The notes below the pieces were generated by a model. It saw only the letters and a list, made by a program, of their open reading frames with translations, had not been told where the DNA came from and did not search any database. Made by a program: the position numbers and the translations under genes. Positions 53,121 to 64,000 of a stretch of DNA of 64,000 nucleotides are shown here, in pieces (positions within the stretch are counted from its first letter, which is position 1; each line of letters begins with the position of its first letter). The stretch is from Octopus sinensis. Taxonomy: Eukaryota. The stretch spans positions 40,114,001-40,178,000 of the forward strand of contig NC_043008.1 of assembly GCF_006345805.1 (NCBI RefSeq). Reading direction: 5' to 3'.

Positions 53121-54419
53121 TATAATATATATATATATATACATACATATTATGTATGTATGTAGGTATGCATCTATGTATATGTTTATATGCATATATT
53201 CAACAATTCTATCCTATTGGTGATAGGATATGAATTTCCGAGCGTTAGAAAAGCCACATACGTGTAGCTCATGTAATAACTCCTCATTAATATTGTTTCA
53301 TATACTAAACCTCTGTTTTCAGTAATGATATTCATAGCGATGTCATTTATCAATTCCCCACAGACTTTCCTTTAGCAACTTAATAGTATAAAGAGATGAG
53401 ATTTTTCACTGTCCGAATATGAAAAGAATATTGAACGTATTGTGGATGAAAGATGTCATAGGTTTCAATCTAAATGACTGCGATCATTACTTATTTATAT
53501 ATTCGTATACTGTATTTGACGATAAATTTTATGTCTAATAGAACTTTCAGAAATTCATTAGGACATTTAATTTAACAATCGATATATTCAAAATCTCATC
53601 ATTCAAATAATTATTCCAATGTCTACTAGATAATGAATTTTTAGTCTTCTAGGAAGAATTAATTTAATGGTATGGGCGGTAGTATTATCAAAAAGAAATC
53701 GTAAAACTGCGGCATAATATTCCTACATCTATAAGTGAGGTGTTTCGTATGAATTCAGAATTCACAGGCTTGTAATGTAGATTTACAAGGCTATAGTGAA
53801 TTGGCGGATAACATATATGTACTTAACACTTCTGAAGAAAGGTGTTGTTTCAATTTCTTGCTAAATTAATGTGTAATGTGTTAGGTTATAATTTAAGATT
53901 TCTGAACGATAAAGTGTTATCAAATGTTGAATGATGCATGTGGAAAACAACCATGAAGATATGGATGAGGAAACGCTTTGGTGTACGGAGGAACAAGAGC
54001 AGAATTCCGTTAACTTTTATGGGTAGATGTGCATGTAGTAGCTCTCTAATTCTGTAGTTATGGAAGCTACGTGCCACGACGAAAGAGAATATTTTAAGAG
54101 AATATTCATTTTAGGTTACCAAGCATCTTGACCGCAAAAACTTGGCTGAACATCGAAGTACATCATTATATGCCTTAATTGCAAATAAGATCTATATATT
54201 TCTATTCACACACGCCTTTTATTATTTTTGAAGAGCATTTTTATTATGAACTTCATATTTACTATTATTTCCATTACAAATGACATTATTTCTCTTGGAC
54301 AATTAGCGTTCAGAAGAAGCTTTTTAAAACCCATAAACCACAAACACACATATACACACAAACAGACACACACACGCGCACACCCACACACGCACATCCA
54401 CACTCACACACACATGTAT

Positions 54420-54720
54420 ATGGAGGCTCATAGCTCATAGAGCGTCGGCATCACAAGCATGTCGTAGTGAGTTTGATTCACTGACCGGGCTGTGTGCTGT
54501 GTTCCTGGGAAAGACACTTTATTTCACGTTGCGCCACTTCACTCAGCTGTAGAACTGAGTCGTGATGTCAGTTGGAGGAGTATGGTCTTTAACTGTCCCT
54601 CGGATAATGTCGATAGCTTAGTGAGGAGAGGCTGGTATGCATGGATGACTGCTGGTCTACCATAAAGAACCTTGCCCGGACTTGTGCTTCGGAGAAGTTT
54701 GTAGGTGTAATCCCATATAT
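54420..54720 (+). mobile_element. Decayed tRNA-derived SINE (family 3-related)
   Basis: tggaggctcatagctcatagagcg head and gtgttcctgggaaagacactttatttcacgttgcgccacttcactcagctg central domain. Confidence 0.65.
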
Positions 54721-55756
54721 ACTTTCGCTTTTAATATGAAATACAACATTTCTCAACTTAAAGTAGCTTTGATCTCAAAGATCATACATAACATCATCTC
54801 GTTTTTGGCCCTCCCTTCCATAACAAGCGTATGAATAATTATAACAATAACACTCGCGTTTAATTTCAAATATGATGCTGTATATATTTTATATGTATAC
54901 AATATTAAGTATAAGGACTATCGCACTTCCTTTAATATAAATTAAAACCCACATATCTTTATATTCTAGGCACACGTTGGATATATAATTAATGCAGCGG
55001 AGGATAATCGATGTGTTCACACGATGTACTTCGCGAGACCACCAAAACCCTCTCTCACGCACTACTTCCGACCTCTAATCTTTATAAGAGTTTGGCTATT
55101 CCATTCTTCCAACCCCCCCTCGGGGGTGTCAATGACTCTCGCCACAATACCTCTTCCTTTAAGATTCACTTCCGTTGGACGTTAATCTTATTTATTTAGT
55201 TATTATTCTCTCATCACATCTCCCTTTTTGAAATTTTCCGTTTAGGCTCTTCTCCTACTCTTCTCTTTCTTTCCTCTTTCTTGTGCTGTAATGCCTAGTT
55301 TCGATTTCTTGTGGCATTGGAAGATCAAAGATGTCATAGAACACTTCCATGGGTATGTCTATTCTTTTTCCTGTATGACTATTTTTAGCTACTTTAAATG
55401 CCTTTTGTGTTCCTATATTTGCCTCTTATCATATATGTCATGTTACATATTGTTTTTGTTACTGCTACGGTGAGATACTAAATATTTTAGCTGATAATTC
55501 CGGAAAGTTGTTCAGATTCATAAGCTATATCTGCTTGTTTTAGGAAAATTTACTTTTCTCGGAAAGCCATATGTAGCCCATAACTTTTGAAATTAGTTTT
55601 TGGTAATTTTAATAAGTGCAGTGAAGAATGCAAAACGGAAATTGTTAGTGAGATGCCGTATATGACGCCACTAAAATTTACATTTTAGATTAAGCATTTA
55701 TTTGAAGTATGTATTTGAAACATGCGACCAAAACGATTGACCTTGAACGACTCGAT

Positions 55757-55868
55757 CAGTTTATCAAACCAAAAAATTATGGGTAGTCGTTTTAATAGCA
55801 CGTAAAAGTGCAGTTTATCAAATCAAAAAAATTATGGGTAGTCGTTTTAATAGCACGTAAAAGTGCAG
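55757..55868. repeat. 54/55-bp direct tandem duplication
   Basis: cagtttatcaaa...gcacgtaaaagtg occurs twice and is followed by cag. Confidence 0.92.
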
Positions 55869-57408
55869 CTGTATGTTCAATTCAGTAAAACATCGCATAC
55901 ATTGAGTACACTTCGACGGAGGTTCTACAACACGGATTAATCGCTACTGTGAGCAATGCAGGCTACAAAATGACGTTAACGAGTACAGCCTAGGTACGTC
56001 AGCGCAGATAGCGTATTAGAATTTTCATCTAAATACGTTCAATTACAAGATTTGTACCTCCTAGGTAAACATTCAAGAAGCCATGGTTATCATTAAGGAT
56101 ATGAATACCTGTAGGGTATAATCTTTAAAATGTCTGATATTTAAAGGGAAAGATTTACATTATGTGTGGATAACGCTTTCCCTAAGATAACAAAAAATAT
56201 TTTGCAATTCGTTATGTAAGCCAGCAGAAATTGCACGACGAATAGGAATAAAAGGAAATAAACCTTGCCCTATTTTGAATGGATGAATAATCTACAGTTA
56301 CAAATACGTCACGAACAGACAATAGAATTTAAAATAAAATGTTTAAACTTTATAATATTTTACAATACAGAGAAAGGCATTTCTTTTTCTAGCAAGAAGT
56401 AATTGATTACTGCTAACATTTCGTATTTAGTCAGCAACATTCACAAATAATCATTAAAGATATTATAACATGAAGCAAACAATAATGATTTCATAACTAT
56501 TATATCAACAGTGAAAAAATATCAAAATATTTTGTAATTCTTTCATCTTCAGTAAATACAACTAATATATCTTTTGGCGGAATATTGTTATAGAAAGTAT
56601 TTTGGCAGTTCGAAAACGCCTTGTATTAGGGAAAATTTCCATAGTTGGAAATTTCAAAACGTAACAAAAGAACAAAGCAAGGGATAATATGTTCCTTTCT
56701 TCTATACGTTTCTATGGCAAATGTATTCACGTCTTTTGCATCTGTTTGTTTTCATTAAGGTCCCATTTAATACTGCGTTTCACCATAAAAAATAGAATAG
56801 GTAAAATCATCGACCTACCCTTCTATACAAATTCCAACAGAGGCAAGTATACATACTTCTCAAATATAGGTGCTATGCATGCATACTACATACACACATA
56901 CTCACACATACATATGCACGTGCATTCGTGTATATATACAGAAAGGAAAAGAAGAAGAGATAGAGAGAAAGATAGAGAGAAATGTGGAAATATTCATAGA
57001 AGAAATTTCATATGACAAAACAAAATAATTATGATAACACACTGAACTATGCATTAAATTATCATATTACAGGACGCAGGTGTATAATTATTTTTGATCT
57101 CCGTCAGACACGGATACCAAACTTTTTGTTCAGAGCCGGCAGAAAACAGTAAATTTCCTAACGCGGTGTAATGCAAAATTACTAAAGAATGTCTTTTATA
57201 GTTACAAGTTGGCGCATTTTGATGTAGAGTGTACACAATCATACTCACGTTAAAACTGTTTTGTATTCTGTTAAAATTCTGAACATAGCAGCCGTAAATG
57301 CATTGGAGAGCATCTGACCCAAGGACATACTGTTTCTTCAAATTCATGTCCTAAACGATATCGAACTACATCAGCTACGCAATACCTAATTGAATAGAGA
57401 GAAAATCA

Positions 57409-58078
57409 CTGAAAGGCAAATAGGAAACAATTCAAAACCTGTTTATACCTTACGTAAGATGAATTTTTCAAAGTCACTTACACTCACCCCAGCTCCCTTT
57501 TCTAACCAAACAAATGCGGTGGACAAACCAGAATTGGTTACAGATATCCAAAGAAACCCCAAGCCATTTCTTCTTTAAGTATGCCATGATTATACTGACA
57601 ATAGACAATGTCAGTTCAAGGACCAAGGAAAAGTTGTTCAATAATACAGTCTGGTAAAATGCAAACACATCTGTTGGAGTGACAATGAAACATCGGTAGT
57701 CATCGATTCGCTGCTCCACTTTCGCCGGTTTGATTATGTAAATTTTATTTTTTGAGTATTCACATAAAAATGTTTCGGGGGTGAGGCCCAATGAACGCGG
57801 AAGTTATTCTTCTGGATCCTTTTTCTCCAGTATATACAACTTTGGCAAAATGTCATCAAAGCAACAACTATCACTATGGCACTGTGTACGTAGTCGATAA
57901 CGGTGGAAACAAGTGTCCACATCTACAAAGAACTCTTGAATGCTTGGCATGACAGATTTGATGCAACGAATTCGAAAGATATATATTTGACCTTGCTGTG
58001 ACAATCTGCCATACCAATAATTCAAGGAGATCACTCACGTACCGAATTATTTCTTTTGAGGACAAACCGCAAAATGTC
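57409..58078 (-). CDS. Candidate spliced coding fragment (exons 58078-58039, 57922-57764, 57650-57488) of an unidentified membrane protein
   Basis: GT-AG introns of 116, 113 and 79 nt (two GTGAGT donors, pyrimidine-rich acceptors). The three exons join in frame for ~120 codons with two hydrophobic stretches. Upstream exons were not found, and the next exon gives an early stop. Confidence 0.33.
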
Positions 58079-58140
58079 CTAAAACTTACTAAATTAGGCA
58101 TGCCAAATCGAACGAGATCTATTGATGAAAATGCTTACTT

Positions 58141-58352
58141 GCTCTTTTACTTGCTTCAGTCATATGACTGCGGCCATGCTGGAGCACCGCCTTTTAACCA
58201 AGCAACTCGACCCCGGGACGTATTCTTTGTAAGCCTAGTACTTATTATATCGGTGTCTTTTGCCGAACCGCTAAGTAACGAGGACATAAACACACCAGCA
58301 TCGGTTGTCAAACAATGCTAGGGGGACAAACACAGACACACAAACACACCCA

Positions 58353-58410
<58 letters not shown>

Positions 58411-58578
58411 TACGACAGGCTTCTTTCAGTTTCTGTCTACCAAATCCACTCACAAGGCTTTGGTCGGCCCGAGGCTATAGTAGAATACACTAGCCCAAGG
58501 TGCCACGCAGTGGGACTGAACCCGGAACCATGTGGTTGATAAGCAAGCTACTTACCACACAGCCACTCCTGCGCCTAT
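58141..58578 (-). mobile_element. Family 4 bipartite SINE
   Basis: Reverse complement of the 45032-45415 type, with internal (TA)n. Confidence 0.9.
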
Positions 58579-58970
58579 GTTTTTTAAAATATTTTCTTTA
58601 CTTTTCACTTTTTGGTGTGTATATGTTATTATGGTGGACAAGAACTGAAAAAATAAGGGAATAAATTAAAATAGGTTCCAAGAGTGGTATAAGGATACTG
58701 GAACATATTTCGTAACTGCGTATTGGTTTTGCGTTCCACATGAATTCAACAAAATATTTGCTTGATAATTACTAGATTGTCTCGCGATTGTTTCTCTTTA
58801 AGTTAATATTACTTTCACAACTACTTCCATTGGAAGGACATAGGTGCGAGACCTCTTTTGCAAATGACGTTTAAATGTTGTTTGATGTACAGATATTCTC
58901 CATTCTGTAGGATCGAAAAATGTGATATCTATCTATCTGTCTATTTATATATCTATATCTATCTATTAAC

Positions 58971-59006
<36 letters not shown>

Positions 59007-59213
59007 CATGCATATATATGAATTTCTATTGATGTGTATATACATGTGGTATATACAAATATAATGTCTATTTACAAGTATATATATGTGTGTGTATGTA
59101 GGTATATATATACACAAACATATATTTGTCGTATATGTTGTGTATACATACATATATATTTTTTGTATATATCTTTTAATGTGCAGACATGAATTTATAT
59201 TGATGTATGAGAG

Positions 59214-59253
<40 letters not shown>

Positions 59254-59942
59254 TTATATATATCTGTATGTATGTATATGCATATATATGTATATGTATT
59301 TACTATTTAGTCACGTAATAACATAAATACCGCTTTTGTCAGCTCACTTGAACTAAGAATTCTTTCAAATGTAGAATAATTCTCTTATAGAAAATCTTTT
59401 AAAGCACTTTCCTTTTCTTTATCTTTTGTTTTCGTAAGAAAGATAAAAAGAAAACAATAGCGGTATCATATATTTATACGCGAAACTTCTAAGAATTTTG
59501 CTGTATAGAAAGTTGTAGTATTATTTCTCTTGAATGTAGAATTTTGCACGCAAACCAAATCCTTTGAAACGAAATAAAGAAAACTAACTTACTACATAAG
59601 TGTACGGAACAAAAAATTTATATAAACCAAAACATATCTTTTTAATAAGTTCGTATACAAACCTAATATTTTATCGAAAAATATACACGTCTTCTCAAGA
59701 AGAAAATGTGTCTTCGGGCATCAACTGATAACACAGATACAAAACACAAATATCTCAGTTACTCTCCCTCTCTCTTTCTCTCTCTTACTCACTCACTTTC
59801 TCGCTCTCCCTCCCTCTCTCTCCCTCCCTCTCTCTCTCTGTCATACACGCAAACACATCACATCCAATATAGTCTGAATGACGATTTACTCTCCTTTAGT
59901 GCGTTCCCTGATTCAGCTTTTAGCCAATTCTCTGTATATATA

Positions 59943-59995
<53 letters not shown>

Positions 59996-60204
59996 AATGC
60001 TTCTATACATACAAGAGAACAAGGTGTACGTACGCCGCAATAATATATGTATAAATATATATATAAAAATACAAAATGGGACAAGAACGCAAAACATTCA
60101 AATAGACGATACAAAAAACGGACGGGTCATTCGAAGCCTCTAATCTTCAGTCAAGAACCGGATCATCCTCGCAATTTCGGCTGATTAATCTTACATATAT
60201 AGTT

Positions 60205-60580
60205 GCGTTCCGTCCATTCCGACAACGAGGGTTCCAGTTGATCCAATCAACGGAACAGCCTACAAGTGAAATTAACATGGAAGTGGTTGAGCCCACCACA
60301 AGCACGTGTACCCTTAACGTATTCTCGGCGAGATTGTACGTGACTCACAGTGTGACGTGGCTGGACATTTGAAATACAGGTACAACATAAACAGGAAGAA
60401 AGAGTGAGAGAAAGTTGTGGTGAAAGACTACAGCAGAGTTCGCCACAACTCCCTGCTGGAGCCTGATGGAACTTTAGTTGTTTTCGCTCAATAAATACTC
60501 ACAACGCCTGGACAGGGAATCGAAATCGCGATCGCACGACTGCCAGTCCGCTGCCGTAACAACTGGGCCATTGCGCTTCC
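60205..60580 (-). mobile_element. Older, diverged family 1 SINE
   Basis: Collinear with 39179-39563 but with many substitutions; no clear TSD. Confidence 0.85.
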
Positions 60581-60589
60581 ATACCACAT

Positions 60590-61110
60590 ACTCCTACTCC
60601 CACGTCCACTACACCTCCACATTCTCATCCCTGCCTCACCCCCATCAAACCCAAGCTTACATACCCCCACACTAGCACTGACCACTTCTCTGCCCACAAC
60701 ACACACCATCATCTGCACAGCTACGCACCATCATCCACGCCCCAACATATTACAGATGCACACTCACATCCACACGTCAAAATCACTAACCTCTACCTAC
60801 ACACATTTGCACATTCTCATGTACATACACATACACATACACCTTCGTTTTCGGATCACGAATACTTTCTTATCCCCACTTCTTTCTACTTCTCCTGTCA
60901 AAACATTTTATTCGCCAACCAGTCGCCATGCTTGGTCGCTAAATCCACACGTTTTTTTTTTATTGTTTCTCTGTTTATTTTCTTTTATTCTTTTCTGTTG
61001 AAGAGCATAGGCTCGAAACGTAAAAGACTTTCTCCCTTTCCCAAGCGTCAAACTATTATAACTGCTTGCTGTCCATACAACTCTCTTCGTCTTTTGTTTT
61101 CTCTAAATTT
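60590..61110 (+). mobile_element. Penelope-like 3' tail/pseudo-LTR (same family as 12130-13055)
   Basis: CA-rich tract followed by ttttctgttgaagagcataggctcgaaacgtaaaagac and a homologous downstream tail. Confidence 0.75.
60990..61027 (+). ncRNA. Minimal type I hammerhead motif with CUGUUGA core variant
   Basis: ctttt-CTGTTGA-a-gagc(atag)gctc-GAAA-c-GTA-aaaga. Confidence 0.65.
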
Positions 61111-61194
61111 CAACAATTATATTTATTCGATTTCCAAACGATTGGCAATAAAATCAGTATAGTTAACATCTAGACATCCATCCTAGTACTATTC

Positions 61195-61490
61195 TGTTTA
61201 AACGTGGTACATGTTCCAATGGTCTCATGCCGAACCGATGTTACAGGGATGTAAACATACCAACAGTTAAGCTGTGGTGGGATGGAACCTAGAGAGACAC
61301 AAAACAGGAATAATTTACATACATACACAAACGGGCTTCTGTCACTTCCCCTCTACCAAATCCAAGCGTCAGGGCTTGGAGCTCTGAGGCCACTGTAGAA
61401 GATACATGCCCAAGTTTCAACTGTGTGCAACTGAACCAAGAATCATGTGCTTGGGCAGCAAACATTTTACCACGTAATCACACCTGTACC
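61195..61490 (-). mobile_element. Decayed family 4 SINE
   Basis: Recognisable acgggcttct..cttcc.tctaccaaatcc...tgtagaagatacatgcccaag...aatcatgtg segments. Confidence 0.6.
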
Positions 61491-61843
61491 GTGATGAAAT
61501 ATGAAATTCGAATGACAACGTAATGTTTCAGTATTCCTCAGCATGTATAAACTTTGCCCAATGAGACTGAGTGTTATTTTCAACTCCTTGTCTATTACTT
61601 ACGCTCTCTCTCTGCTCTTATACGTAGTGCTCATATAGATTTATATACATCTTTATATACATACATATATATACACACACACATATATATATATATATAA
61701 ATATATATATATATACATATATATGCATATAAATATGTACATATACATGTAGATACTTATATATATATATACTTAAATATGCACATATATATATATACAC
61801 ATATATACATATACATACATATACATAAAATTACATACATACC

Positions 61844-61880
<37 letters not shown>

Positions 61881-62898
61881 CATACACATTAAAGCACACA
61901 TTTATATATGCAGAGAGAGAGAGAGAGAGGGAGAGAGAGAGAGAGAGAGAGAGAGACTAAACTCGAAATGAATGTCCGAAAATAACAATTCATGCAAGTC
62001 CAGTAAACAATAGGATGATAATTATTTGATCGACCTAAAAATGATTGAATTCAAAATCGACTCCTTCGAAGTTCAACCAGTGAACGCATGCAGATGGAAA
62101 TAACACTGCAAATCAGTATGACTCTTGACCTCTTAACACTTTCGAAGTTTTAAATCATCACAGGTTCTAATTGTAGAGATCACAAGGAGCTGTTGCTTGT
62201 ATAAGAAATGTCTATTACACTGTATAAACCATACATATTGTTGTAGGATATGTTCATACGTGTATCATATAGCAGCGTGCAAGTAAAATTTTCCAACATA
62301 TGTGAGTGTTTATGGCGTTGATATGCTGTAAAATATCTCATTGATGAACAATGTTGTGTATTAGTATGAATACAATATTAAAAATTAGATTACGTAGGAT
62401 GAAAATAATTACTAAGAAAAGAGTCACGTTTCATGACTCGAATGACAGAAATATATCGATGCTGGGAGCAAATGCTAATAAAATATTAAGAAATATAAGC
62501 TGACATTAGACCTGTTCGTTGTTTTCCAACACGTATGTAGTAGGAAATACTGAATGCACACGTACAATTTATGCGCAAACAATGATCCAATATATATGGA
62601 TTTAGATTTATTTACTGAGTATTGTAGCATAAATGCATGGATGCATAATTGACTTTGTCTAAGTTTACATGTCGTTGTAAACACGATTAATTATTCAAAC
62701 ATCGTATCACCATACACTCCAACAAACACGCAAGCGTATGCGTGTACATAATTATATTAAGAATGACGTAAAGAATGCCACGTGCTTTAAATTTGATATG
62801 AATTTGTAGAATGAAACCTAAACAAAAACGTAGAAACTAGAGGCAATTGTCAAACATTTTAACATAAGGAACAATACATTTTTCATAATCCTTTAGAT

Positions 62899-63202
62899 CG
62901 AGGTTTCTCAAACGAGATCCGTATAAGATTTTGGGAGGTCCATCGATGCAATATAGTAAATTGAGAGTCCATGGTAATTTTTTAGGGGCCATGAAAAAAC
63001 TGTGCTGCAGACCCGTAAAGCTTATGCGCAATAAATATGTTATACATCCACTATTTTAACAATTTTTAATACACGTCATAATAAATTTCATCAATAAAAA
63101 TATTATGTTTTTTTTTTTTAACATCGAATGACTATGGGAGTCCAGTGAAGTACAATAGGAATAAATGGGTTCCATTGATACAAAAATAGTTGAGGACCAC
63201 TG
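62899..63202. mobile_element. hAT (Charlie-like) MITE, 304 bp
   Basis: 8-bp TSD ctttagat at 62891-62898 and 63203-63210; imperfect TIRs cgaggtttctcaa / gttgaggaccactg. Confidence 0.8.
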
Positions 63203-63341
63203 CTTTAGATGACATGACAGAGTATTGTCTGATTATGGGCAAGGGATTTCGAAGATTCGGTTTACTTGATTACATTAGCATAATTCAATTTACTCAAGCC
63301 AGTAGGGATTTTAACTGTGGAAAAAGAAATAGGTATATCTA

Positions 63342-63389
<48 letters not shown>

Positions 63390-63869
63390 GTGATCTTTTT
63401 TTGGAGAGAAAGAACAAAAAGTTATAAGCATATGCATCACTTAAGTGATATCGCCAGCGTAGAATGGTTTAATCTCTTCTCTATCTCCTCCATAGATATG
63501 ACCACTTCTCACTTAGCTTAAGGTGCCAGCTCTGGTAACGAATAAAGAATTCAGAATCTGAATTTATCAATATCACTGCCACTGCTGGCCGAATTTCGTC
63601 TGCTGTTGATATATGTCTGCCTCTTTTCAAACCCTAAACGTCAATAAATGATGTTTACCTGAGACGAAAACCGCAAGTGAGATGACTTTCAACAATGTAC
63701 AAGATTTAAATGTCATATAGAGATTGCCCACTTGAACTAAATGAACTGCATCTGTTGAAATGACAAATGTACCTGTATGTACGTATGTGTGACAAATGTA
63801 CCTGTATATATGTATATATATGTGTGTGTGCCTATGTGTGTATAGTTCGTTGCATTGTATAGTTTAATA

Positions 63870-64000
63870 TTTTGGCACAAAACCAACTATTCGGAGAGAG
63901 TTCGAATCTATTACATGGGCCCCTATTGCTGGTCAACTGGTGCTCCTTTTTATCGACACCGAAATGACGAAAAGCAAAAATCGACCTCTACAGAATTTGA
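63870..64000 (-). mobile_element. Family 2 SINE fragment running off the window
   Basis: ttatcgacaccgaaatgacgaaaagcaaaaatcgacctctacagaatttga core. Confidence 0.7.

Noticed and set aside
60130-60195. CUGAAGA-containing Penelope-like tail on the minus strand
   Set aside because: Probably a PLE tail remnant, but it lacks a correctly placed GAAA and stem I, so no ribozyme is called.

Overview
AT-rich, microsatellite-laden eukaryotic DNA. The SINE families, (TA)n/(TATC)n/(CAT)n tracts and Penelope-like tails suggest an octopus (coleoid cephalopod) genome; this is an inference from recognised repeat types, not a database match. Most of the window is intronic/intergenic-type sequence filled with decayed mobile elements: several tRNA-derived SINE families (some nested, some as tandem multimers), Penelope-like elements (RT end, GIY-YIG, pseudo-LTR tails), two R4/Dong-type restriction-endonuclease LINE remnants, a CR1/L2-type LINE 3' end, mariner/Tc1 derivatives, a hAT MITE and several foldback elements. 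No host protein-coding gene could be named. There is one plausible spliced multi-exon membrane-protein ORF at 57.4-58.1 kb and a few isolated exon-like segments. The most notable signal is a set of type I hammerhead ribozyme motifs of four sequence families from Penelope-like tails. One has a canonical core but sits inside a perfect 56-bp hairpin, and another family carries a CUGUUGA core variant in three copies. Most ORFs in the supplied track are microsatellite artefacts.
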